In this document: one piece after another, positions 31,340 through 41,336 of the stretch
How positions within the stretch are numbered: the stretch's first letter is position 1
Layout of the letters: every line of letters begins with the position of its first letter
Assembly: GCA_051117555.1 (NCBI GenBank)
Contig: JBNPEG010000013.1
Location: forward strand, 22,454 to 86,453
DNA from: Elainellaceae cyanobacterium
GTDB taxonomy: Bacteria > Cyanobacteriota > Cyanobacteriia > CAZCXK01
Length of the DNA: 64,000 bases
Reading direction: 5' to 3'
Program-made: the position numbers and the translations under genes
Notes under the pieces: model-generated
Seen by the model: the letters and a program-made list of their open reading frames with translations, nothing else
What the model was told of the DNA's origin: nothing
Database searches by the model: none

Positions 31340-32428
31340 ATGTCAGTTTTAGCGCCAATTGCCGTTCTTGCACTGTTGATTGTGGTTCACGAGTTGGGGC
31401 ATTTCATGGCAGCCCGGCTCCAAGGAATTCACGTCAACCGGTTTTCGATTGGGTTTGGGCCTGTCCTTTGGAAATATCAAGGCATTGAAACCGAATACGC
31501 GGTTCGCGCCATCCCACTGGGCGGGTTTGTTGGGTTTCCTGACGACGATCCAGATAGTGAAATTCCAGATAATGACCCAGACTTACTGAGAAACCGTCCT
31601 ATTCTAGACCGGGCGATCGTAATCAGTGCGGGAGTCATTGCAAATCTTCTGTTTGCATACCTCGTATTTGTGGCTCAATTTGGTGCGTTGGGGGTGCCGC
31701 AAGCGTCTGAACCGGGTGTCTTAATTCCACAGCTTGCATCGGAGATTAATAGCGTTGCAGCAGAAGCAGGAATTGAGCCCGGAGATGTTGTGCTCAGCGC
31801 CAATGGCAACCCCTTTGATCAGTCTCTTGATGTCATCGAAGATTTCAAGACTACGATTGAGCAGAACGCGGGCAACCCGATTCGGCTTGGCATTCAACGA
31901 GATGATGAACGCCTATCTATTACTATTGTTCCTCGTGAGAGTGCTGACGGTCGCGGACAAATTGGCGTTGGGCTAAGCCATAACGGAACGATTGAATTTC
32001 GACGAGCAAGTAGCATTCTAGAAGTGTTCACGTTGGCAGCAAACGAATTTCAGAATATTTTTGTGGCCATCTTGCAGGGATTCAAGACGCTGATAACAAA
32101 CTTCTCTGAGGTTGCGGGTCAAGTTGCAGGACCAGTTGGTATCGTCGACCAGGGTGCCAAGTTTGCTCGTGCTGACATTACCAGTCTATTTCCGTTTACG
32201 GCTGCAATTAGTATTAACCTAGCAATCATTAATATCTTGCCTCTTCCTGCTCTTGACGGGGGGCAGCTCACCTTCCTGTTAATTGAAGGGCTTCGAGGTA
32301 AGCCTCTCCCCAATCGCATTCAGGAAAATGTTATGCAGACTGGCATTGTTCTATTGCTTGGTTTGGGGGTCTTACTCATTGTTCGGGATACGACTCAGTT
32401 AGATGTGTTTCAAAATATTTTTCGGTGA
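31340..32428 (+). CDS. Site-2 protease (M50, RseP-like) with PDZ domain
   Basis: HELGHF zinc motif in TM1. PDZ-like middle domain. C-terminal LDGG motif. Confidence 0.85.
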   Translation: MSVLAPIAVLALLIVVHELGHFMAARLQGIHVNRFSIGFGPVLWKYQGIETEYAVRAIPLGGFVGFPDDDPDSEIPDNDPDLLRNRPILDRAIVISAGVIANLLFAYLVFVAQFGALGVPQASEPGVLIPQLASEINSVAAEAGIEPGDVVLSANGNPFDQSLDVIEDFKTTIEQNAGNPIRLGIQRDDERLSITIVPRESADGRGQIGVGLSHNGTIEFRRASSILEVFTLAANEFQNIFVAILQGFKTLITNFSEVAGQVAGPVGIVDQGAKFARADITSLFPFTAAISINLAIINILPLPALDGGQLTFLLIEGLRGKPLPNRIQENVMQTGIVLLLGLGVLLIVRDTTQLDVFQNIFR

Positions 32429-33123
32429 GCACCCGTAAGTTGCCTGCTAAAAAACAGCGATCGCTGGAGATTTTAGTCCGGCTCAAGCGCACCTATCCGG
32501 ATGCGACCTGCTCATTGACGTATCACACTCCGGTTCAGTTGTTGATTGCGACCATGCTGTCAGCTCAATGCACGGATGAGCGAGTCAATCAAGTGACGCC
32601 AGAGCTGTTTCGTCGGTTTCCAGATGCCGAGGCGATCGCCAGTTCTGATCTCAGCGACATCGAAACTCTGGTTCGCTCGACAGGGTTTTACCGAAATAAA
32701 TCGAAGAATATTCAAGCCACGTGCCGTATGCTGGTCTCCGAGTTTGGGGGAGACGTGCCAATGCTCATGGACGACTTGCTCAAGCTGCCAGGAGTTGCCC
32801 GTAAAACAGCCAATGTAGTCTTAGCTAATGCCTATGGCATCAATGCCGGAGTAACCGTTGATACTCATGTTAAGCGACTGAGTACTCGGTTGGGCTTAAC
32901 CAAGCAGACCGATCCGGTTCGTATCGAGCGAGACTTGATGAAACTGCTACCGCAGCCTGATTGGGAGAATTGGTCAATTCGCTTGATTTATCACGGTCGT
33001 GCCGTTTGCACCGCTCGAAATCCGGCGTGCGATCGCTGCATCTTGGCAGATTTATGCCCGTCTGTTGATGTGTCAAAAATTTCGCCGTCTGCGCCTCCAG
33101 CAATCACCTTTTCTCAATCCTAA
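32425..33123 (+). CDS. nth: Endonuclease III
   Basis: LIATMLSAQCTDERVN HhH-GPD block. C-terminal CX6CX2CX5C cluster (CTARNPACDRCILADLC). Confidence 0.9.
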   Translation: MSTRKLPAKKQRSLEILVRLKRTYPDATCSLTYHTPVQLLIATMLSAQCTDERVNQVTPELFRRFPDAEAIASSDLSDIETLVRSTGFYRNKSKNIQATCRMLVSEFGGDVPMLMDDLLKLPGVARKTANVVLANAYGINAGVTVDTHVKRLSTRLGLTKQTDPVRIERDLMKLLPQPDWENWSIRLIYHGRAVCTARNPACDRCILADLCPSVDVSKISPSAPPAITFSQS

Positions 33124-33293
33124 AATTTATACTGAGGGGGCTCAAAGCTCCGTATATCAAGGATTAGAATTGACAAACGAGCAGCATGTCTCCAGTGGTC
33201 TTACAAAATGGTCTTACAATAGGCGGATGGCGATCGCTCAAAGTTTCGCTATTATAAGAAATGCTGTCTAAATTTCCGAATTGCTGTCCATAG

Positions 33294-33611
33294 TTGGGAA
33301 CGGAGTCCATGGCTAAGAAAAGTATGATCGCGCGGGACGAAAAGCGCAAAAAAATTGTCAAAAAGTATGCGCAGAAGCGCAGCGAGCTAAAAGAACAATT
33401 TGCAAACGCTGCGTCCCAGCAAGAAAAGTTAGAAATTCATCGTAAAATTCAGCAGTTGCCGCGTAATAGCGCTCCGAGCCGAGTTCGCAATCGTTGCTGG
33501 CTAACGGGTCGTTCTAGAGGATATTATCGCGACTTTGGATTGTGCCGAAATGCGCTACGTGAAATGGCTCATCAAGGTTTGCTTCCGGGTGTTGTAAAGT
33601 CAAGTTGGTAA
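33294..33611 (+). CDS. rpsN: 30S ribosomal protein S14
   Basis: [15 protein letters not shown] ... [19 protein letters not shown]. Confidence 0.9.
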   Translation: MGTESMAKKSMIARDEKRKKIVKKYAQKRSELKEQFANAASQQEKLEIHRKIQQLPRNSAPSRVRNRCWLTGRSRGYYRDFGLCRNALREMAHQGLLPGVVKSSW

Positions 33612-33731
33612 ATCATGGAAGCGATTGCTGATACCGGTTGCCGGTAGTATAGATTGGGCTTGTGCCCTGCTTGATGCGGCACTTGATTTTATTCGCTCAA
33701 TCGTTTCGCTCAGTCGACATCATTTTTTTAA

Positions 33732-33769
33732 TTGAGCCCATGTGCCCCGATATCGGCATGTGGGCTCAA
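33732..33769. repeat. 15-bp-stem hairpin / near-perfect palindrome centred on GATATC
   Basis: ttgagcccatgtgcc/ggcatgtgggctcaa arms (2 G·U in RNA), preceded by T7 on the + strand. Not a canonical terminator in either orientation. Confidence 0.5.
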
Positions 33770-34031
33770 TGAGTAGACATCCCTCTCCCATCGTGTCAGT
33801 CAAAGAATATCTGAAACGCCGAAAATTTGTTGTTGGGCAATGCTCAGTTGAATCTACGGGAATTGAACTTCAAGCGTGAAATTAGTTGTGAAGTTTCTAT
33901 TCTCTATTCGGGTTAAAACAGGGCTATAACGACTCGGATGCGCGTTAAGCGTATCTGCGAGAAGGAGGGACATACTGTGTCTACATCTCGGCACTCAACT
34001 CAAGAGCGTGTCGGTATAATCCGGTAATTTT

Positions 34032-34367
34032 TTACTGCCCACAGCAGCGATCAATCCCAAGGCTATCTAGCAGGAGATCGCTGACTGCATTGGCGACAGC
34101 AAACTCGCTGTAGAAGCTTTTCGAGAAATCAAACGCTTGCATCTCAGTTAGAATTGCAATCACAAGAGCACCGACGTCATTCTCGCCCTCTAGGCGCTGG
34201 CGGATAAAGACTTGAGACGCTTGATGTGCGATCTTTTGATTGACAGGTTCTGGAAGAAATTCACGATCGAGCCAGGTATGAAGCGCGTCTCGAAGCCATA
34301 CTCCCTCTTGATGAGCGTCTTTGGGAGGCGGCAAGGTGATGGGAGGAATCGGTTCAGACATTGGCAT
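34032..34367 (-). CDS. Conserved hypothetical protein (small, cyanobacterial-type)
   Basis: 111 aa, no recognisable motif. The overlapping antisense ORF was judged less likely. Confidence 0.45.
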   Translation of the reverse strand: MPMSEPIPPITLPPPKDAHQEGVWLRDALHTWLDREFLPEPVNQKIAHQASQVFIRQRLEGENDVGALVIAILTEMQAFDFSKSFYSEFAVANAVSDLLLDSLGIDRCCGQ

Positions 34368-34512
34368 CTAATCGATTAAAATATCTTCTACACGCGGCTT
34401 GGCGATCGCAAGCACTGTAGTCAAGTTTTCAGGTACGGTATCTAGGAACTGTACTATCACTATACAACTCATAGACGAGCCTCTCCAGTTCCTGGTTTTT
34501 TAACAGAGCCAT

Positions 34513-35091
34513 ATGCAATTTAATGTTCCTGCTATCGTCGAAGGATACGCTCAAGGCTACTTCTTGATGGCTGACGAAAGCGGCACGCAACTGAGCTGGT
34601 ATTCGAGCCGAGAAAGAGCCCTCATTCCGCTCGACCATCGGTTTCGATATCCGCGATCGCTCCAGCGTGTCCTGAATCAAGACCGCTTCACCGTTGCCGT
34701 CAACCGTGACTTCGAGGCGGTCATAGACGGCTGTGCCAATCGAGATACAACCTGGATTTCGTCCGAACTTAAGGAAATCTACAAGGCACTTTATCGAACG
34801 GGTTGGGCCTATAGCTTTGAGACGTGGCAAGGCGACGAGCTAGCAGGGGGGATTTTAGGGCTAGTGATTGGGGGTGCATTTATCGGTGAGTCGATGTTCT
34901 ATCGAATTCCGGACGGGTCTAAGGTGGCGATGGTCAAGTTGGTTGAGCGGCTGCGATCGCGCCAGTTTGTCTTATTCGATGCTCAGATGAATAATCCTCA
35001 TCTTAAGCGATTTGGGGCGTATATCATGGCAAATGAAGAGTATCAGCGACTGCTAGAAAAAGCAGTACAGCGACGATGTACTATCAAATAA
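34513..35091 (+). CDS. aat: Leucyl/phenylalanyl-tRNA--protein transferase
   Basis: 192 aa. [21 protein letters not shown] and HLKRFGA blocks of L/F-transferase. Confidence 0.85.
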   Translation: MQFNVPAIVEGYAQGYFLMADESGTQLSWYSSRERALIPLDHRFRYPRSLQRVLNQDRFTVAVNRDFEAVIDGCANRDTTWISSELKEIYKALYRTGWAYSFETWQGDELAGGILGLVIGGAFIGESMFYRIPDGSKVAMVKLVERLRSRQFVLFDAQMNNPHLKRFGAYIMANEEYQRLLEKAVQRRCTIK

Positions 35092-35156
35092 ACTTTCTCA
35101 AATCAAGAGCGCGTGTTTGTGTTTAATCCCGTTTGCACACCGCTCTATTGTTAGTA

Positions 35157-36065
35157 TTAGCGCACTGCAAACCGACGCACTGCTAGCAAACTGCCCATTA
35201 ACCCCACCGATCCTCCGAGAGCAAGCAATGTTAGCGGAAGTAAAATCGTTTGTTGGGGCGTTAATCTTAGACCATCGGCAAGAAATTGAATGAAATCAGG
35301 CTGCTGAGTCACTAATCGGCTTACAAATCGTTGAATGCCGATGATAAATCCCCACGAAATCATAGCGCCTGCAAGACCAAAGGTGATGCCTTGAAGAATG
35401 AATGGAAAATAAATCCAGAGGGCTGTAGCTCCAACAAGCTGCATTACTTCGATTTCACGCCGTCGAGCCATCACAATCAGTCGAATTGTAGTAGTGATCA
35501 CGGCGATCGCTGTTAACGTGAGGACGGTCGTAATGATAAAGCTGACCCAATTAAGCCCCTGGTTAAGTTGGGCAATCCGTCTGACGGCTTCATCTACATA
35601 TTGCACATCATCGACGCCTTGCATCTGTCTCATCTTTTCTGCTAAGGCAGGCACGACCTCTGAATTAGATGCTTTGACTTTCAGCTCATCCACTAAGGGG
35701 TTGCCATTAAGTTGCTGTGTTGCCCCTGGAATATCAGAGAGGCCCATATCATGAATCAATTCTTCCCATGCCTTTTCCTTAGAAACTGCGGTGACGGCTG
35801 TAACTTCTGGCATTGATTCGACAAATGGCTGCAAATTTTCGGCTCGCACTCCCGCATCTAAATAGACCGATACCTCAAGCTGGCTGCCAAACTGGTTTAG
35901 GAGTTGCTCAAGTTGCCAGGAGGCGTGCAGGCTGATTCCAAATAGAAATAAAAGCACCGTTACCGTGCTCACGGCTGCCCAGTTCATCCATCCGCCCCGC
36001 TTTAGACCCAGTAATGTCTCTCGAAGCAAATAGTCGGCTTTCGTGATAAATTCTAGCAACCGCAC
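35157..36065 (-). CDS. ftsX: Cell-division ABC transporter permease FtsX-like
   Basis: RETLLGLKRGGWMNWAAVSTV N-terminus. Periplasmic domain. IEVMQLVGAT motif. 4 TM. Confidence 0.85.
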   Translation of the reverse strand: MRLLEFITKADYLLRETLLGLKRGGWMNWAAVSTVTVLLFLFGISLHASWQLEQLLNQFGSQLEVSVYLDAGVRAENLQPFVESMPEVTAVTAVSKEKAWEELIHDMGLSDIPGATQQLNGNPLVDELKVKASNSEVVPALAEKMRQMQGVDDVQYVDEAVRRIAQLNQGLNWVSFIITTVLTLTAIAVITTTIRLIVMARRREIEVMQLVGATALWIYFPFILQGITFGLAGAMISWGFIIGIQRFVSRLVTQQPDFIQFLADGLRLTPQQTILLPLTLLALGGSVGLMGSLLAVRRFAVR

Positions 36066-36285
36066 ACCTCCGTCCTATGACTATTATGACTATACGGTTA
36101 AAAATACGGTTAAAAATCAGGACTTATCTTATCTCGCTATTCGCTAAATGAACAGACTCATTCAGCCGGTTAACTCAATGCGTGGTTTCTTGCCATTAAA
36201 AGGCGAGGCGATCGCATCATTTCGGATACCCACCATAGTCTGAGACGACATGATTGACTAATATAGAAATACATCACACGTTTAA

Positions 36286-36879
36286 TTGCTGCTGTTCATC
36301 AATACAAGCTCTATGACTTCTCAAATTCTGGTTGAAAAGAAAAAGCTGGCCAAGCCTCCATTAGAGCTACATTATCTGGGCGATCGCTTACTGCGCCAGC
36401 CGACAAAGCGCATTGCTAAAGTTGATGATGACGCACGGCAGCTAGCTCGTGATATGTTGCAAACGATGTATAGCGAAGATGGCATTGGTTTAGCAGCGCC
36501 CCAGATTGGCATCAATAAGCAGATGCTAGTCGTTGATTGCGAGCCTGATAACTCGGCAAATCCGCCGTTGGTTTTAATTAATCCGGTAATTCGCAAATCC
36601 AGTCGAGACGTGTGCGTTATCCAAGAAGGCTGTCTCAGCATTCCAGGCGTTTTTCTAGATGTGACACGCCCTGAGGTTATTGAGGTTGCCTATAAAGATG
36701 AAAGCGGTCGCCCTAAACGGTTGACGGTCAATGGGTTGCTTGCCCGCGTGATTCAGCATGAAATTGACCATCTAAACGGGGTTATGTTTGTAGATCGAGT
36801 CGACAATGCTCTAGCCCTCAATCAGGAACTGGCAAAACACGGATTTTCGGTTGAAGCCGTAAAGCCATTTGAAGGCTAA
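36286..36879 (+). CDS. def: Peptide deformylase
   Basis: GIGLAAPQIG, EGCLSIPG and HEIDHLNG motifs. Confidence 0.9.
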   Translation: MLLFINTSSMTSQILVEKKKLAKPPLELHYLGDRLLRQPTKRIAKVDDDARQLARDMLQTMYSEDGIGLAAPQIGINKQMLVVDCEPDNSANPPLVLINPVIRKSSRDVCVIQEGCLSIPGVFLDVTRPEVIEVAYKDESGRPKRLTVNGLLARVIQHEIDHLNGVMFVDRVDNALALNQELAKHGFSVEAVKPFEG

Positions 36880-37044
36880 ATTTGAACTTGATTGATCTGA
36901 GGTGTTGACGTCTCGGCTTTGTTGGTTAAGCTAGTTAAGGCGATTCAAGTTTAAGAATGCTCATGATAGGCAGGGAAGATTCTTCTCCTGCCGTATGAGT
37001 GTGATTCTCACTGATTACACTACATTGCATAAGGCTGGCTGTTT

Positions 37045-37239
37045 GTGACCCCTAAAAGCGGTTTGTTTCTCGCAGGCTCTTGTATAATGGCGATCGCCGC
37101 CGTCGGTTCAGTCTTTGAACTCTCCTCTGGAACACCACAGCTCGGCAGCTCGATTACAACTGTAATTTTGATTCTAAGTATTCCGTTGGCTGGCATTCTT
37201 TTTTATGCGGCTGTGCGAGATGCACGCGCGAATCAGTGA
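37045..37239 (+). CDS. Small hypothetical membrane protein (64 aa, 2 TM)
   Basis: Hydrophobic ORF only. Confidence 0.3.
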   Translation: MTPKSGLFLAGSCIMAIAAVGSVFELSSGTPQLGSSITTVILILSIPLAGILFYAAVRDARANQ

Positions 37240-37369
37240 GCGTGAATATTAGTCATAATCTGAAGTTCCTTGCTTATTACTAGCAATATCGTCCTGGGTG
37301 CTACTCCGCATCTAACGTTGCCGGTTTGCTGTTCATTCTGCTCACATCCTCGCTACGGCATCCTCAACG

Positions 37370-38764
37370 ATGACCGAACCTTATCATCAAACTACAGCTT
37401 TGCTTTGGCGGCTTTTCCCCGGGAGCCGAAAGCGATCAGAATACCACCATCTATCATCTGATAGAGAGTTTACGGTGGGACGCGACCCTCGATGTGATGT
37501 AACCTTCGATTACTTGATTCATAGCGAGGTGTCTCGTCAACACCTAAAAATTTGCTCCTTGCCCAACGCTTTCGGACTGTGGCAAGTTTGTGATCTCAAC
37601 AGTTCAAATGGCACGTATGTTAATGGCGAGCGCGTGCGTGATTGCCGTATTTTGAATCACGGCGATATTATTTCACTCGGTCGTCGAGGTCCTCAATTTA
37701 TCTTTGAATTGCAGTTTTATCAACCGTTTCAGCAAGACCCTTCCCATTTTCTTGACTCTCCTGAACTGACCACAAAAGCATCGACAAGCCGTGCTATCTC
37801 TCGATCTGGATCACGTCCATCTAATCCGTTTAACGCGACTGACCCCGCAACTCTAACTCAGCTCTTCCCTATCATTTCTACAGGGCGCGAGCTGGCGCAA
37901 AAAGCTCACTTGATACCGGTCATCATTACCATTTCGTTTGTTGTTCTGATGTTTGCCGCTGTGGGTCAGACAGAATGGTTTAACTTTTTGTTAGCAGCCT
38001 ACATATCAGGGGCTGCTTATTATTTTGTGTATCGTCTTTGCGATAAGCGAAAGCCATGGTGGCTCATTGTCGCGTCAGCAACGATAACCGCGCTTTTATT
38101 GGTCAGCCCACTTCTTCAAGGATTTTTGTGGTTTTTTCGAGGAGTATTACCTGGGCAACCTCAAAGCGATTCAACCTCAGTTAATCTCATCAGCTTAGTG
38201 TTCCAAATGTTCATTGGAGCTGGGCTGATGGAAGAACTCATTAAGGCAATTCCGGTGCTCTTGGCCTATGTGATTGGGATGACTGTAAAGTCAACTCATC
38301 GTCAAGAGCAAATTGGGATTCGTGAACCTTTAGACGGTATTTTGCTAGGTACAGCCTCGGCAATCGGTTTTACACTAGTCGAGACGTTGGGTCAATACAT
38401 TCCTGCTATGGTCAACAGTGTCGCAGCGGGAGGGGAGACAGGAGATCTGATGGGACTACAACTTCTGATTCCTCGCATTCTTGGCTCAGTCTCAGGGCAC
38501 ATGGCATATAGCGGGTACTTCGGTTATTTCATTGGGCTGAGCGCATTTAAACCCCGCCAACGATGGAAAATTTTAGGCATTGGCTATTTAAGCTCATCGG
38601 TCTTGCATGCCCTCTGGAATGTGATGGGGTTCATTAACCCCATCGTTTTAGCTTTAGTAGGCGTGCTTTCATATGCATTTTTAGGCGCAGCCATTCTTAA
38701 AGCTAGAACGTTTTCTTTACATGAGTCGCAGCAAGGGGATAGTCACTCTACACACATGCCTTAA
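37370..38764 (+). CDS. FHA-domain protein fused to PrsW-family membrane protease domain
   Basis: N-terminal FHA (FTVGRDPRCDVTF...SRQH...NGTYVNGERV). C-terminal 6-8 TM with PrsW-like EELIKAIPV...HALWN blocks. Confidence 0.7.
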   Translation: MTEPYHQTTALLWRLFPGSRKRSEYHHLSSDREFTVGRDPRCDVTFDYLIHSEVSRQHLKICSLPNAFGLWQVCDLNSSNGTYVNGERVRDCRILNHGDIISLGRRGPQFIFELQFYQPFQQDPSHFLDSPELTTKASTSRAISRSGSRPSNPFNATDPATLTQLFPIISTGRELAQKAHLIPVIITISFVVLMFAAVGQTEWFNFLLAAYISGAAYYFVYRLCDKRKPWWLIVASATITALLLVSPLLQGFLWFFRGVLPGQPQSDSTSVNLISLVFQMFIGAGLMEELIKAIPVLLAYVIGMTVKSTHRQEQIGIREPLDGILLGTASAIGFTLVETLGQYIPAMVNSVAAGGETGDLMGLQLLIPRILGSVSGHMAYSGYFGYFIGLSAFKPRQRWKILGIGYLSSSVLHALWNVMGFINPIVLALVGVLSYAFLGAAILKARTFSLHESQQGDSHSTHMP

Positions 38765-38846
38765 CAAGAAAAACGGGATTTAGAGAAAAATGAAATTTAG
38801 AAACATCCCTACTGACCCGCGCAATCACAGCATTAGCGATCGCCAC

Positions 38847-39500
38847 TTACTGCTCTGATGAATTTCTAGCCGGAAGTTGGGCAATGGCATATCGAGCGAT
38901 CGCCAAACTGAGTCGAGCCTGCTCTACACCCGACAAGTCAGTCCAGGCGGCATAGCGGACCGATCGAAGCGCAGCTTCGAGTTGATCTGTGTTCGAGCCT
39001 CTCATTGAGAACGCCAAGGGACGTGCTAAAACCTGCAAATCATCATCCCCCCAATTGGGCAATAGATCATTGACACACCGAACAAGCTGTTCTGCTAAGG
39101 ACAAATTTGCTGTCAATACGCGCTGAGCCTGCTCAGCAATGCTGAGCAAAACCGGTTGAGGGACTCGAGTCCCGAAGCGGGATACTAGCTCGGTGTGAAG
39201 TTCTTGAACTTGCTCAGGCGAGGATGCTGTGTCCCAGATTTGGTCTAATTGAGCGAAAAAGCGTTGACTCCGACTTGCGATGTCCTCTGTTGGCCAATCC
39301 GAAGCAACAGACTGCTCTAATTCTTCGAAATACGCATCTGCTTCTACTTGGCTTGGTTCCCACGGATAGGAAGAATCAACATTAAAGATAAGCTTCACGA
39401 GTTCTAGCTCTGCTTCTGCTTGAAATCGAGAAATCGGGGTGTTTGAGGAATCGCTGTTCATCGGGCTGCTCCTAAAATATGCATCAACCAAACCTGACAT
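38847..39500 (-). CDS. Hypothetical acidic protein, last gene of the CHAT/PP2C cluster
   Basis: 217 aa. No recognisable domain. Lies 61 nt downstream of the CHAT-FHA gene, co-oriented. Confidence 0.5.
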   Translation of the reverse strand: MSGLVDAYFRSSPMNSDSSNTPISRFQAEAELELVKLIFNVDSSYPWEPSQVEADAYFEELEQSVASDWPTEDIASRSQRFFAQLDQIWDTASSPEQVQELHTELVSRFGTRVPQPVLLSIAEQAQRVLTANLSLAEQLVRCVNDLLPNWGDDDLQVLARPLAFSMRGSNTDQLEAALRSVRYAAWTDLSGVEQARLSLAIARYAIAQLPARNSSEQ

Positions 39501-39561
39501 CAGTAGCTACACCATCGCATTAAAGCGTTCCGTAACTCATACGTAATTTACGAAAATTGTT

Positions 39562-41232
39562 TCAGGTTTCAGGGGAGGATGTTGACCCATCGATTACAAA
39601 TTCAAGCACTTGGCTTTGAGAACTTCCAAACTTGAGCTGAGTTTTTGACTGGAGCTGAACCTCTTGCCGATGCACTTTCTGCCATCCGTTGACGCCTAAG
39701 ACCAAGGTGCCAAAGCGAGAGAAATCTCGTAAATAAAATGAGGGTTCCCGTTGCCCTGCTAAAAATGTATCTCGATAAAAAATCTCGGCGTGCTTTCGAG
39801 AAACGCCCGGATCGTGCAAGACCAAATCATTTCCTTCCCATTTTCCGACTCGCATGATGCCACCTTGAATTCGCCATACCTGAGGATGTGAGCCCAGAGA
39901 ACGAATCGATGCAGCCGGAGTGTTGCGACCAATCCAGGTGGATGAATTGACAGGAATCTCAGTGACTCCTTCCGAAAGCGGACGCATTAATTCTCCATTA
40001 AACTCTGGGTGCATATAAAGCACGGGCAGAGTCCAAGCAGGCTGATTAAATTTATAGAGTGTCAACAAATGCTGACGGGCGATCGCCACTGCCCGATCGA
40101 CGGATGACCGATCAACCAGCGCTTGGGCAAAGACGTCGATAAAACTCAATGCTTCTCGGTCGGCAATAGAGTCCCGCATTGCCAGCACGGCTGGAACTCC
40201 GTGGTGAATCAGAACTTCAGCCAGACTGCTGCGCGGAACCGCGTCCTGAGAGACACGATCAGATTGAGCGCCCCAGCAGGCATTGAAAACTGCTAGCTTA
40301 ACTTGACAGCGTGTCAGGACCTGTGCCAATTCCGTGCCATTGATGGTGGCATCCGGTCGAAGAAATAGCAAGCCCCCACTTGGAGCAGGTTCGCCATGAC
40401 CTGAATAGAATAAAACATTATAGCGACGAGTTTCGAGTTGGTCGATGAGTTCTGCTTCAGTGGGTTGCACGAGCGTTGTCACAGAAGACAACATCGGCGA
40501 ATCAAAGTTTTCTCCATGTCGCGATGTTGACTGTTCTAAAATCCCAGTGAGCGTTTCCGCTTCCTGTTCAAGTTCAAGGACGGATTTGGCTGCACCAACA
40601 TCTGCTGAGGGTCTAGCGATCGCTTCATCTTGACCCAAAACCAACAAAATATCGAGGGACTGATCTGATCGTAAGGGGGGTAAGGGATCAACTGCGCTTG
40701 TCGTGCGACTAAATAAAATCTGCTGACTCAGAGAGACGGCTTGTTTACCCGGCTCCGGCTGCATGATTTCCCAGGGAAGGCTAATCAAATTTGGATCTCG
40801 AATCTCCAGGCGTAATCGCAGGGGTTTACCCTGACCAATTGCGATTCCCTGGCTTTGGCGAAAGCTGCCTTGGATCGGTCCATCAACGAGCCATTGCCAA
40901 AGGCTTACTCCTAAATACTGCATCAGGCGACTGCTGTAACTCGTCGTCTGCCCCGATGGCATCATATCTGTACCATTGAAGACAGGCGGCAGGACAGCAA
41001 AGGCATCCATGTTGAAGGCAACCTGAGACATGCCATCAGAGTTTTGAGTTGTAGCGAACATGCTCTGCCATGCTTGCCAAGCCTGTGTTAGCGAATCAGT
41101 CCACAAACGGTCGTAGTGAACATAGCCCTCTGGTGAAGGGGCACGCAACACCCAGATTGCGTAATGGTCTGGATCGGCAGCTTGTAAGCGAGCGATCGCC
41201 AGGCTTAAGCAGGGAATCTCAAACAACGGCAT
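39562..41232 (-). CDS. CHAT-domain (caspase-like) protease fused to C-terminal FHA domain
   Basis: His/Cys dyad context YSGHG ... FNACWGA. C-terminal FHA (GKWEGNDLVLHDPGVSRKHAEI...GTLVLGVNGW). Confidence 0.75.
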   Translation of the reverse strand: MPLFEIPCLSLAIARLQAADPDHYAIWVLRAPSPEGYVHYDRLWTDSLTQAWQAWQSMFATTQNSDGMSQVAFNMDAFAVLPPVFNGTDMMPSGQTTSYSSRLMQYLGVSLWQWLVDGPIQGSFRQSQGIAIGQGKPLRLRLEIRDPNLISLPWEIMQPEPGKQAVSLSQQILFSRTTSAVDPLPPLRSDQSLDILLVLGQDEAIARPSADVGAAKSVLELEQEAETLTGILEQSTSRHGENFDSPMLSSVTTLVQPTEAELIDQLETRRYNVLFYSGHGEPAPSGGLLFLRPDATINGTELAQVLTRCQVKLAVFNACWGAQSDRVSQDAVPRSSLAEVLIHHGVPAVLAMRDSIADREALSFIDVFAQALVDRSSVDRAVAIARQHLLTLYKFNQPAWTLPVLYMHPEFNGELMRPLSEGVTEIPVNSSTWIGRNTPAASIRSLGSHPQVWRIQGGIMRVGKWEGNDLVLHDPGVSRKHAEIFYRDTFLAGQREPSFYLRDFSRFGTLVLGVNGWQKVHRQEVQLQSKTQLKFGSSQSQVLEFVIDGSTSSPET

Positions 41233-41336
41233 GTATGTACAACGTAAACCTCATGAATTCGCGTATTTACTTAAAAGTCTATCGGGTCTGATAGCAGAGG
41301 TGAAAGTTAAAAGAGTACCAAAATCATGGATCGATG

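Noticed and set aside
34429-34830. 133-aa minus-strand ORF overlapping aat
   Set aside because: aat on the plus strand has strong family motifs. The antisense ORF has none.
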